Of a stretch of 64,000 bases of DNA, positions 51,676-61,372 are shown piece after piece. The notes under the pieces were generated by a model. That model was not told the origin of the DNA. It was given only the letters and a program-made list of their open reading frames with translations, and did no database searches. Source of the stretch: Candidatus Poribacteria bacterium. GTDB lineage: Bacteria; Poribacteria; WGA-4E; WGA-3G. The stretch is taken from NCBI GenBank assembly GCA_965198235.1, contig OZ240248.1:1568001-1632000 (forward strand), given 5' to 3'. The stretch's first letter is position 1; every line of letters begins with the position of its first letter. The translations under genes were made by a program, and so were the position numbers.

Positions 51676-52710
51676 ATGGGAATGTATCGAACTGGGATCG
51701 TTGGTGGAAGGCGGGGTGTACACCATGCCCGACGTTATGAAGGCATCGAAAATATGAAGGTAATTGCCATCTGCGAGATTGATGAGGAACGGTTAAAAGC
51801 AGCGGTAGAAGAACTCAGCGTCCCGGGGTACACAGATTACGTCGAGATGTTGGAAAAGGAGAAACCCGATATTGTCCATGCCGTCACAGAGCCGACAGTG
51901 CCACGGCATATCTGGGTAGAGCCTGCTGCCGAAGCGGGTGTTAAAGCATTGGTGATAGAGAAACCGCTCGCACTCAGACCCAGCGAAGCAGAGGCACTCG
52001 TCGCAGCGCACGAGAAAACAGGGTTGAAGATTATCGTCAATCACCAACGGCGGTATCTGCCGTTTGCTGAAAAATTATTAGAGTTTTTTGCCGACGACAG
52101 TCTTGGTGACATACACTTCATCCGTGCCTGCACCGAAGGCGACATTACTGATATGGATACCCACTTGATGGATGTCGTGCTTTTCGCGCTCAAAGACATT
52201 CCGATTACGCACGTGTGGGGTGCCGTTGAAGGTGCTGAAATCTATGACGTTCCACATCGGCAGTGCCCCGAAGATTTGATGGCGATTTATACGTTTGAAA
52301 ACGGTGCCCGCGTCTTTTTTGAGTCCGCACGGACAGCATTCGGAACAATTGATTTTCCCGGCAGTAATCCGCGGTGCAACCTCGATTTTTGGGGGACAAA
52401 AGGCAGGATGTGGTGGCGAGAAAACGGTTCATGGGGCTATCAGTTTGACGGTATGGCACAGCACTTTGTTGAGAAGACCCACTTCGGTGAAGATGACAAA
52501 TTCGGACAGCGAGCATTCACAGAAGCCATCGCGGCGTGGCTGGATGACGAAAATCAACCGCATCGGAACAGATTGGAGTCTGCGATGCTTGGGTTTGATT
52601 TGATTATGGCGGCGTATCGCTCCGCGCTCATCGGCGAACGGATTGCGTGGCCCCCTAAACTCTCCGATGAAGAGTGGGTGGAACTGAAAAATAGGATCGT
52701 TGGTTCCTAA
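51676..52710 (+). CDS. Gfo/Idh/MocA oxidoreductase
   Basis: IEKP, NHQRR, THLMD. Confidence 0.87.
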   Translation: MGMYRTGIVGGRRGVHHARRYEGIENMKVIAICEIDEERLKAAVEELSVPGYTDYVEMLEKEKPDIVHAVTEPTVPRHIWVEPAAEAGVKALVIEKPLALRPSEAEALVAAHEKTGLKIIVNHQRRYLPFAEKLLEFFADDSLGDIHFIRACTEGDITDMDTHLMDVVLFALKDIPITHVWGAVEGAEIYDVPHRQCPEDLMAIYTFENGARVFFESARTAFGTIDFPGSNPRCNLDFWGTKGRMWWRENGSWGYQFDGMAQHFVEKTHFGEDDKFGQRAFTEAIAAWLDDENQPHRNRLESAMLGFDLIMAAYRSALIGERIAWPPKLSDEEWVELKNRIVGS

Positions 52711-52763
52711 AACAAAATGATAGCGTACGGAACTACAGAACCTCACCATCTTTATCTAATTCA

Positions 52764-52955
52764 TGTAAGCCCAACCAACGGGCGGGCTGGATATACGCAA
52801 GAGGTTTCTCTTTACATAATCTGCCTAAACGAACCGCAAGGAACATTATTTTTGTCTAATTGGTGTAAGCCCAACCAACGGGCGGGCTGGATATACGCAA
52901 GAGGTTTCTCTTTACATAATCTGCCTAAACGAACCGCAAGGAACATTAAAAAAAT
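52764..52955 (+). repeat. Tandem pair of identical Family B elements (period 100)
   Basis: 85-nt unit TGTAAGCCC...GAACCGCAAGGAACATTA at 52764 and 52864; abuts ATG 52956. Confidence 0.92.
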
Positions 52956-53768
52956 ATGCTCAATCAAACTCAGGTTGACACATTTCGTGAAAAAGGGTTT
53001 CTCCTCGGAAACCGTGTTTTAAGTGATGAACAGGTTGACGAGTTGCGTGAGGAATTGGCACGCGTTATTGATGACTACGAAAAAGACGAAGTTCCGCAAC
53101 CGGTGCGCATTGCCAATCTCGGCGGTAAGGAAGAGAGTCCGGTCTGGCAAATCGTTAATATTTGGGAGGCGAGTCCTGCTTACCACCGACTGATTCATAA
53201 CCCGATCATCGTAGAAGAGATTGGGCAACTCATGTCGGCGACAGAGTTGCGCGTCTGGCACGACCAAATCCAATACAAACCGCCGAAAGTCGGTGGTGTC
53301 AATCGTTGGCATCAGGATTCGCCGTTGTGGGGCATTCTCACCCCGAAAACGAGTCAAGTGAGTGCGTGGGTTGCGTTAGACGATGTTGATGAGAGCAACG
53401 GATGTATGCGCATGGCCCGAGGCTCCTATCACTGGGGGAGCCAGATGCCATTCTTGCGCGAGGTCGGAGACATCGATTCGATGCCAAGTCAATTTGAAGG
53501 TGACGAATTGGAGGTGGAACTTTGTCCTGTGCCGAAAGGGCATGTCCATTACCATCACGCTTTGACGTGGCACGGATCGCACGACAACACCAGTGGCGGT
53601 CCTCGGCGTGCGATTGCGGTGCATTATATGACAAGTGAAACCCTTTACGATGCCAGCGGAAACCATGTTATGAAACCCTTTGTCACCGTCAACGATGGTG
53701 ATAAATTAGCAGGCGACCATTTTCCACTTGTGATGGATGACGGGGTGCCTACGAGTCCTAATGCCTAA
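52956..53768 (+). CDS. PhyH family dioxygenase
   Basis: WHQD, SNGCM, WHGS..N...RR. Confidence 0.9.
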   Translation: MLNQTQVDTFREKGFLLGNRVLSDEQVDELREELARVIDDYEKDEVPQPVRIANLGGKEESPVWQIVNIWEASPAYHRLIHNPIIVEEIGQLMSATELRVWHDQIQYKPPKVGGVNRWHQDSPLWGILTPKTSQVSAWVALDDVDESNGCMRMARGSYHWGSQMPFLREVGDIDSMPSQFEGDELEVELCPVPKGHVHYHHALTWHGSHDNTSGGPRRAIAVHYMTSETLYDASGNHVMKPFVTVNDGDKLAGDHFPLVMDDGVPTSPNA

Positions 53769-53783
53769 ACCTTTTTTATCTAA

Positions 53784-53877
53784 ATAGCAGTCGGCTGTCG
53801 GTTTCCGTCGGCTATCAGTCAAGAGGTTTTTTAGTGAAGTAACACCGTCTTGCTGATTGCTGACCGCTGATAGCCAA
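53784..53877. repeat. Family C heptamer-ladder palindrome
   Basis: (GCWRTCR)n...AAGAGG..TCTT...(YTGAYWG)n. Confidence 0.7.
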
Positions 53878-53897
53878 TAAAAAGGAACATTAAAAAA

Positions 53898-55532
53898 ATG
53901 AAAGTTGTTGATGCAGTTGCGAAAGTCCTTAAAGCAGAGGGGGTAGAGTACCTATTCGCCTATCCTGTTAACCCGATCATCGAAGCGGCGGCGAAGTTAG
54001 ACATCCGTCCGATTATCGTTAGACAGGAACGTATAGGACTTCACATGGCAGACGCGATGAGCCGAATAACCTCTGGGGAGAAGATTGGTGTGTTCTGTAT
54101 GCAGAGCGGACCCGGTTCCGAAAACGCCTTCGGGGGTGTCGCCCAAGCCTATGGCGATTCGGCACCGATTGTGGTGCTGCCGGGTGGTTATTCTCGAGGC
54201 ATGACGCAAATCCAACCGAATTTCAATTCTGCCCTGAACTATCGGCATGTAACAAAGTCGTGTGAGCAGGTCACGATGCCTGAAGCTGTCCCGGAAGCGA
54301 TGCGGCGTGCATTTACCCAAGTCCGGAACGGCAGACCGCGGCCCGCGCTCGTAGAATTCCCGTCGGATATATTTAGTGAGGAAATTTCCGACTCCTTTGA
54401 TCCGACACCGGTGCCCACCGTGCGTTACGGACCTGACAGCGCGTCAATTGAAGCCACCGCAGAGGCATTGCTTGATGCCGAATGTCCTGTCCTCTACGCA
54501 GGGCAAGGCGTGCATTATGCGCAAGCCTGGGATTCTTTGAAAGAGTTGGCGGAGCTGCTCGGTGCACCTGTGACAACGAGTTTAGGTGGCAAAAGCGCAT
54601 TCCCAGAAGATCATCCGTTAGCCCTCGGTTCCGGCGGACGCGCGATTCCGAAAGCGGTGCATCACTTCCTCCAAAAAACCGATCTGATTTTGGGTATCGG
54701 GTGCAGTTTCACTCGAACCGGCTTCGGTGTCAGGATTCCCGAAGGAAAACGAGTTATTCACGCGACATTAGATCCAGCGGACATCAACAAAGATGTTCCC
54801 GTTGAAACTGCTCTCGTTGGCGATGCGGGTTTAATTTTAGATGGATTGGTAGAAGCCGTTCGCGATCGTTCTAATGGTGCATCCGAAGAGCGCACGGCTG
54901 CCGTCACCGGGGAAATTAGTGCGGTTAAAGCGGAATGGCTCGACCAGTGGAAGGCTAAACTCACTTCGGATGAGGTGCCGATGACGCCGTATCGCGTTAT
55001 CTCGGATCTGCTGCACACTGTCGATGTCAAAAACACGATTATTACGCACGATGCAGGGAGTCCGCGCGACCAAATGTCGCCCTTCTGGCAGTCTGTCGCA
55101 CCGCTCACTTATATCGGTTGGGGCAAGACGACGCAGCTCGGTTACGGTCTCGGACTCGTCATGGGTGCGAAACTCGCCAGACCGGATGCACTCTGTGTTA
55201 ACGTCTGGGGTGATGCCGCTATCGGCTTCACTGGAATGGATTTTGAGACTGCTGTGCGGGAAAGGATACCGATTTTGTCGGTGCTTTTCAACAATTTCTC
55301 TATGGCGATTGAGATTCCGATTATGCCCGTGTCTACCGAAAAATTCCGTAGTACAGACATCTCTGGTCACTACGCAGACATGGCGAAGGCGTTCGGTGGC
55401 TACGGCGAGCGTGTCGAAACACCTGATCAAATTATCCCGGCTATTCAGCGCGGCATCCAAAAAACACAGGAAGGCACTCCTGCGCTTCTTGAGTTTATTA
55501 CAGCGAAGGAAATTCAAATTTCTTCCTTCTAA
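53898..55532 (+). CDS. Thiamine pyrophosphate-dependent enzyme (acetolactate synthase-like)
   Basis: RQE..HMADA, SGPG, GDAA..NN motif. Confidence 0.9.
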   Translation: MKVVDAVAKVLKAEGVEYLFAYPVNPIIEAAAKLDIRPIIVRQERIGLHMADAMSRITSGEKIGVFCMQSGPGSENAFGGVAQAYGDSAPIVVLPGGYSRGMTQIQPNFNSALNYRHVTKSCEQVTMPEAVPEAMRRAFTQVRNGRPRPALVEFPSDIFSEEISDSFDPTPVPTVRYGPDSASIEATAEALLDAECPVLYAGQGVHYAQAWDSLKELAELLGAPVTTSLGGKSAFPEDHPLALGSGGRAIPKAVHHFLQKTDLILGIGCSFTRTGFGVRIPEGKRVIHATLDPADINKDVPVETALVGDAGLILDGLVEAVRDRSNGASEERTAAVTGEISAVKAEWLDQWKAKLTSDEVPMTPYRVISDLLHTVDVKNTIITHDAGSPRDQMSPFWQSVAPLTYIGWGKTTQLGYGLGLVMGAKLARPDALCVNVWGDAAIGFTGMDFETAVRERIPILSVLFNNFSMAIEIPIMPVSTEKFRSTDISGHYADMAKAFGGYGERVETPDQIIPAIQRGIQKTQEGTPALLEFITAKEIQISSF

Positions 55533-55653
55533 ATGGCAATCGGTCTTCGGTTATCAGTTGTTGGTTAAGGGATCATTTGTGGCAGACACGACTTATGCAA
55601 CTGCCACACGAGCAACCGACAACTGACAACCATCAAAAAAGGAGTTCCCTATT

Positions 55654-56430
55654 ATGAAACCGATTATCATAGTTTTTTGCCTCATTGCCTTATGTTTTAG
55701 TGTTGATGCGTGGGCATTAAACGATGACAAGGCGCTCATGTTGTACTTCACTTTCGATGAAGACGACGGTGGCAAAGTTGTAGATGTAACTGGAAATAAC
55801 ATTGAAGGCACCTTTGAAGGTGCGGTCTGGTCGAAAGATGGTAAGATTGGCGGTGCTGTGCATCTTGAAGATTCCGGGCAGTTTGTAGAGGTTGACACGG
55901 TCCCCGAACTCGACATTACCGATGAGATCACGATTCAGGCATGGTTTTTCCCTGAGGAATCCCAAGGTGACTCTAACCTGATGGGGCGTAGAAGTTCGGC
56001 AAACGTCGGTGGGTATTGTCTCCAGTGGAGCGCGCAGTTTACGGGTTCCCCACAAATTGAGACCTGGATTAACATCGGCGGGTGGAAAGGTTCTCGAAAT
56101 AAACAGACTATTAAACCCGACTTGGAAAAATGGCACCACGTCTCTTCTACCTACGATGGCGATATGATTCGCCAATATATTGATGGCAAGTTGGATGTCG
56201 AATTCGCACCACCGAAAGGTAAAATTAACAGCATTGAGGTGGTCTTCCGTATCGGTAAGGCACAAACGGGGTTACCCGGCATGATTGGCTTGGTCGATGA
56301 GGTTGCCATTTACGACCGCGCCCTCACCGTTGACGAGATTAACCAAGATATGGAAAACGGCGTTTACTTTGCTGTGTCGCCCAATGACAAGCTTGCCTCA
56401 ACGTGGGGTAAGTTGAAAATGTTTTTTTAA
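55654..56430 (+). CDS. Secreted LamG-like protein
   Basis: YFTFDE, WHHVSSTYDG, DEVAIY; tail AVSPNDKLASTWGKLK. Confidence 0.87.
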   Translation: MKPIIIVFCLIALCFSVDAWALNDDKALMLYFTFDEDDGGKVVDVTGNNIEGTFEGAVWSKDGKIGGAVHLEDSGQFVEVDTVPELDITDEITIQAWFFPEESQGDSNLMGRRSSANVGGYCLQWSAQFTGSPQIETWINIGGWKGSRNKQTIKPDLEKWHHVSSTYDGDMIRQYIDGKLDVEFAPPKGKINSIEVVFRIGKAQTGLPGMIGLVDEVAIYDRALTVDEINQDMENGVYFAVSPNDKLASTWGKLKMFF

Positions 56431-56685
56431 CTATTAAGTTTTTGCGCATCGCTCCAAATGTAAAGCATTCTGCGCAAGCCTATAGAGGCTTGCGGGACAA
56501 TGCGAAGCAAAATTATGCCATTTAAGGAAACCTAATTTCGTTCCGCGATGGTTTCTGATTAAGTATGAAAGGGTCTCGGGGAACCTGCCCGAAACGAAGT
56601 GGAGGGGTTTTTGCTTGGGGTTTTTGATAGGGCGTTTCTGCGGATTTCTGCGGATTTTTTTAGCCCAGGAAACCATAGTTAGAAA
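56422..56685. repeat. Family A element, fully nested form
   Basis: Contains the CAAGCCTATAGAGGCTTG module, the palindrome and a word array. Confidence 0.85.
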
Positions 56686-56737
56686 GCCAAATTTTGTTGT
56701 AAGGGCGGGTTCTTTACCCGCCCTTCTGTTCATCAGC

Positions 56738-56800
56738 GACACCCTTGATGTTTCTGCCCGCGGCAAACTGGCAACGGTATGGGGTCAGTTGAAGAAATAG
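56738..56800 (+). pseudogene. Orphan C-terminal tail of an LTTTWG-family gene
   Basis: DTLDVSARGKLATVWGQLKK* with no gene body. Confidence 0.65.
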
Positions 56801-56957
56801 TTTTTAATTTATTGAATCTGAGCATCGTTCCACTTCGTTTCACGATGGTTTTTGGGGAAGTAGAAAACCTGCTTTAGGTTTGAAAAGGTTACTGACTTTA
56901 CCGGAAACCACTGCGGGATGTAATGGAGCCGTGCTCAGATTCCAATAGTTAGAAAAA
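56800..56957. repeat. Family A element (plain form)
   Basis: AATCTGAGCA...TGCTCAGATT outer inverted repeat; both 15-nt loop arms. Confidence 0.88.
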
Positions 56958-57019
56958 TTGCATCTGTCTATTGCCTATTGCAACTGAGATGGGCGGGATT
57001 CATTCTCGCCCATTTTTCG

Positions 57020-57048
57020 TTGCAAATAGGCAGAAATAGACGTATAAT
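57020..57048 (+). promoter_or_regulatory. sigma70-like promoter
   Basis: TTGCAA-N17-TATAAT. Confidence 0.55.
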
Positions 57049-57081
57049 TGATTTAAAGTCATCGCTGGCGAGGAAGAGACA

Positions 57082-58521
57082 ATGCATAAAGCCAAAAATG
57101 CACCAAAGTGCCCGAACATCCAAATTGCAGTGGAGAATTTCGGACCGATAGAGAAGGCAGAGATAGATCTCCGTCCGTTGACTGTATTTGTCGGCGAGAG
57201 CAACACCGGCAAGACCTATCTTGCCGCGCTAATCTATGCACTACAGCGTACCTTTGAAGGGTTCGCGCGAATTCCTTCACCACATAGCAGTATTTTGCTT
57301 TTAAAACAATCAAGATTCCGCTTTCAGACAGAACTAGACGATGAGACTCTGGAGACACTAAAAAAACTAAACACTCACGAACAGTCATTCAAATTTTCAG
57401 ATTTCCCACAGTGGTTACGTGCACATAAATTGCGTGCCCTTAACAATCCAGAACTTTTTAGGGGCCGGCTCAAAAGGTGTTTCAACTTGGATTCTGTTTC
57501 AGAGTTGATTCGCTTTACTGGGAACAAAGGTAACGAACTGAAGGTTTCGCTAAAAGTTAGCGAGGAAAATCAACCGCTTTGGAACTTTGAAATGGAAGGC
57601 TCTGGGTCAGGCATCACTGTAGGTGGAAAGATCAACAAGAACATGATTTTTCGCAACAAGAATGAAACACCATCACAAGAAATACTTGATCTTGACGATC
57701 TTGCAGCACTTTTACATATCAAGGGAAGTGAGATATCAGACTTCTATTACCTTCCTGCTCCTCGGAGCGGCATCATGGAAACCCGTGGGGTAATTATCAG
57801 TTCTCTCGTAGAGAATGCTACCCGTATCGGATTGGAACGATTTCATGAAGATGCTACACTTTCCGGGGTGACAGCGGATTTTCTAAAACAAATCATAAAT
57901 TACGACGAACGTCGCGTGCCTTCAGATGAGATGAGTGGAGTTGCCAAATTTCTGGAGGACAAAGTTCTGTGTGGAGAGATAGAGGTTAGGCGAACCGCTG
58001 CTGGATCTCTGGAATTTCGCTATCGTCCACAAAAATCGGAGCAGACACTGCCTATGAGTCGATCTTCGTCAATGGTATCTGAACTCGCGCCGCTCGTGCT
58101 ATTTTTACGCGGAGTCGTTCAACCCGGGGATACCCTCATTATTGAAGAACCCGAAGCTCATCTACACCCCGCTGCCCAGACTAAGGTTGCTCTGACCCTT
58201 GCCCGCTTGGTGCGAGCCGGTGTGCGCGTGATTATAACAACGCATAGCGACTGGCTCCTCGAGCAAATTAGCAACTTGGTTCGCGAAGGCGAAGTGATGA
58301 AATTGGGAAAAAGTAAGACAGAACCGGTGACTTGGTTGACGAAGGAAGAAATCGGTGCCTGGTGGTTTCGCACGGGCAAACCGGTGACGGAAATACCGTT
58401 TGATTACATTGAAGGCATAGAGCCGAAAGACTACTACAACGTTGCTGAGGAACTCCATAATAACGCTGTTGAGTTCCAACAACATCTCCTGAATGAGGAA
58501 GAATTCGGTGATGATGAGTGA
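57082..58521 (+). CDS. AAA_15/AAA_21 (AbiEii-like) ATPase
   Basis: NFGPI, GESNTGKT, SSMVSEL, IEEPEAHLHP, TTHSD. Confidence 0.88.
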   Translation: MHKAKNAPKCPNIQIAVENFGPIEKAEIDLRPLTVFVGESNTGKTYLAALIYALQRTFEGFARIPSPHSSILLLKQSRFRFQTELDDETLETLKKLNTHEQSFKFSDFPQWLRAHKLRALNNPELFRGRLKRCFNLDSVSELIRFTGNKGNELKVSLKVSEENQPLWNFEMEGSGSGITVGGKINKNMIFRNKNETPSQEILDLDDLAALLHIKGSEISDFYYLPAPRSGIMETRGVIISSLVENATRIGLERFHEDATLSGVTADFLKQIINYDERRVPSDEMSGVAKFLEDKVLCGEIEVRRTAAGSLEFRYRPQKSEQTLPMSRSSSMVSELAPLVLFLRGVVQPGDTLIIEEPEAHLHPAAQTKVALTLARLVRAGVRVIITTHSDWLLEQISNLVREGEVMKLGKSKTEPVTWLTKEEIGAWWFRTGKPVTEIPFDYIEGIEPKDYYNVAEELHNNAVEFQQHLLNEEEFGDDE

Positions 58522-59004
58522 AGTTCTCAGCGAAATCCGAGAACGGGTTGGTGAAAAAAACTTATTAACTCGTGTAGTGGTCGTGGGTGTCGTGTGGACA
58601 TGACTGATGTTCCACGCGAGCGGGTTGTGGTAAATGTGGACATGGCGTTCCCTGCAAATAGGGTTACAGGCAAACGATGCGACCGGATTCTAATTTACGG
58701 AGATACTACCAAAAGCAAGTTAATTGTAGTTTTAATTGAACTAAAGAGCGGGACCTTTAAAGCGACAGATGTGTTTGAACAACTACAAGGGAGCGTAGGG
58801 TTGCTCTCTGGCTTAATACAGCAGGTTCTCGAAACTACCTGTGTTCCTGTTCTTTTCCATGGTAAGGGGATTTCCAAACTCCAACTTAGAGACCTCAATA
58901 GGACCCCGGTACGTTTTCGGAATCAAAAATTTCCTGTTCGGCTAAAAAGATGTGGCGCGCCAAAGAATCTAGCGAGTGTGCTGTCTCGATCTGATAACCT
59001 CTGA
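58511..59004 (+). CDS. Small PD-(D/E)xK-like protein, frameshifted at the A7 run
   Basis: ATG overlaps the ATPase stop; CDRIL..IELKSG lies in the -1 frame. Confidence 0.6.
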
Positions 59005-59025
59005 ACATGGCTGTCCGAATTTTTG

Positions 59026-59676
59026 TTACGGGAGTTCAGACACAACGCCCTTAAGCGCGCCCTCTTGCTCCGCAAGTACTTTGAGTTCCGGGTTGAGACG
59101 GACTGCTTGCGTAAGCGAGTTTACCGATTTTTGCGATGCACCCTCCAATGCGTATGCGCACGCAAGGTTGTAATGGAGCAGGGCAGCCTGCGGAAAGGTT
59201 TGAAGGGCGCGCAGGCACGATGCACGCGCATCGGCGGGTAGATTCTGTTGGAGATAGGCGGTTGATAGATTGACATAGCCTTCCGCGATATCGGGTGCCA
59301 TCTCAATCACTTTTTTAAAGTTCTCAACAGCGGGAGCATATTGCTCGTCATATAGATAGGCTTGCCCAAGGTTATTGTAAGCCGACGGTTCTTTGATGAA
59401 GAATAGTGTGCGCCCTTTATTTTTTATTGCCTTCTGATACGCTTCAATTGCTTCCTTGGCTTCGCCGTTGCGCATCAGAAAAGTTGCTTTCCGGTAGTGA
59501 TCGTTGAATTGGGTTTGGTGGTGCCAGACCCAGAGAAACAGTACCGTTACTGCAAGGCAAAACGTCATACAGACAATTCTAAAAGCTTTGTTGGTAGGTG
59601 TCTGTTCGGAGTCCTGCTCCTCTGTAGGCGAATGCTCTGGAACTTGATTTTCATTGGAAGTCATAAATTTTTCCAT
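59026..59676 (-). CDS. Membrane-anchored TPR protein
   Basis: TM helix; AYNNLG, YVNL, YNLACAYA. Confidence 0.85.
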   Translation of the reverse strand: MEKFMTSNENQVPEHSPTEEQDSEQTPTNKAFRIVCMTFCLAVTVLFLWVWHHQTQFNDHYRKATFLMRNGEAKEAIEAYQKAIKNKGRTLFFIKEPSAYNNLGQAYLYDEQYAPAVENFKKVIEMAPDIAEGYVNLSTAYLQQNLPADARASCLRALQTFPQAALLHYNLACAYALEGASQKSVNSLTQAVRLNPELKVLAEQEGALKGVVSELP

Positions 59677-59890
59677 TTTTTAGATAATTGGCCTCTTGGG
59701 TTGCTCTCCAAATGTAAAGCATTCTCACTGCGAAGCAAAATTATGCCATTTAAGGCATAATTTCATTACAAGCAGGTTTCTGGTGAAGTCAGAAACCTTG
59801 GGCACCCCAGAAGTGATTGGAATTAACCGAAAACCACCGCGTAATGTAATGGAGCGGTGCCTATATTCAATAGTTAAAAAAGTTAAAAAT
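59677..59890. repeat. Family A element between divergent start codons
   Basis: Nested left arm; CACCG-15-CGGTG at 59835-59859. Confidence 0.85.
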
Positions 59891-60940
59891 ATGAAAACAT
59901 ACGGATTTGGTATTATTGGGTGCGGAATGATCTCCGATTTCCATTCCGCCGCGATTTCTGAATTAGAACACGGGCAATTGGTCGCAGTCAGTTCACGTAA
60001 TGCTGAGAACGCCAAACGACTTACCGATCGATACAACGTTGAAAGCTACGCCGATTATGCCGAGATGCTCAAACGGGACGATCTGGATATCGTTTGCGTC
60101 TGTACGCCAAGCGGTGCGCATTTGGAACCCGCCGTCGCTGCAGCGGAAGCCGGTAAACACGTCATCGTTGAAAAACCCTTGGAAATCACGCTACCGCGGT
60201 GTGATCAGATTATTCAAGGGTGTGATGCATCCGATGTCCGGCTCTGCGCTATCTTCAATTCCCGCTTCACGGAAAGTACGCAACTCGTAAAATCCACAAT
60301 TGAGAGTGGACGGTTCGGCAAGTTAACCTTGGGTGATGCCTACATCAAGTGGTACCGTTCCCAAGAGTATTACGACAGCGGCGGCTGGCGAGGAACGTGG
60401 GACCTTGATGGTGGTGGCGCGCTCATGAACCAGTCTATCCACGCTATCGACCTACTCCAGTATTTTATGGGACCCGTTAAATCCGTCCAAGCGTTTACTG
60501 ATACCTTAGCACACGAACGGATAGAGGTCGAAGATGCCGCTGTTGCCGCACTCCGATTTGAAAACGGGGCACTCGGTGTCATCGAAGGCACAACTGCCGC
60601 TTTTCCCGGCATGCTTAAGAAAACTGAAATCTCCGGCACAAACGGAACTGTCGTCTTAGCGGAAGAGGACATTGTAACTTGGGAATTCGACCCAGAACTG
60701 CCTGAAGATGCGGAGATCCGAGAGAAATTCGCCCAGAGGACAGACACAGGCGGTGGCGCATCCGACCCAAGAGCTATTAACCATGCCAATCACCGGCGGC
60801 AAATGGAAAACCTCATTAATGGTCTTGAGAGCGATGCCTCACATCTCGTTGATGGGCGCGAGGGACGCAAAGCCGTTGAGATTATCCTCGCTATCTACCA
60901 GTCCAGTCGTGAGGGATGTCCCGTTGAATTGCCGTTGTAA
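59891..60940 (+). CDS. Gfo/Idh/MocA oxidoreductase
   Basis: GCGMIS, VEKP, GGGALMNQSIHAID. Confidence 0.92.
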   Translation: MKTYGFGIIGCGMISDFHSAAISELEHGQLVAVSSRNAENAKRLTDRYNVESYADYAEMLKRDDLDIVCVCTPSGAHLEPAVAAAEAGKHVIVEKPLEITLPRCDQIIQGCDASDVRLCAIFNSRFTESTQLVKSTIESGRFGKLTLGDAYIKWYRSQEYYDSGGWRGTWDLDGGGALMNQSIHAIDLLQYFMGPVKSVQAFTDTLAHERIEVEDAAVAALRFENGALGVIEGTTAAFPGMLKKTEISGTNGTVVLAEEDIVTWEFDPELPEDAEIREKFAQRTDTGGGASDPRAINHANHRRQMENLINGLESDASHLVDGREGRKAVEIILAIYQSSREGCPVELPL

Positions 60941-61372
60941 CGGCAGAGCGGAGTCCGCCTACTGTTCTATCCATTTTGAATTTTAGGGTAAGTTCGTAGT
61001 AGTGCGGTTTATCGCACTGCTTCGCAGTGAGAACAGGTCAACAACGGGCAATGAATTGCCCTACTACAAACCGAGGAAACATCCTCCAATTTGAAACTGG
61101 ATAAAGTACTACTACTATTCATATCACCCAAACCATACGTTTGTAGCACAATCTGTTAGATTGTGATTTTACGTGGCAGCCGCTATTATATTGTGGGTAA
61201 TAGCCCCAGCAGGAGCGGGGAAATCCGCAGAAATCCGCAGAAATACCCAAGCAAAAACACCCCTATCAATACGCAGAAATACCCAAGCAAAAACACCCCA
61301 AGCAAAAACCCTCCGATTCCCGACTTCCACTTCCGAACCTACCGCTCGGTATGTTTGCGTCTGTCCTAATTG

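Noticed and set aside
52764-52955. Tandem repeats (also 14441 and 33036) as CRISPR arrays
   Set aside because: Only two long units each, no repeat-spacer series and no cas genes.
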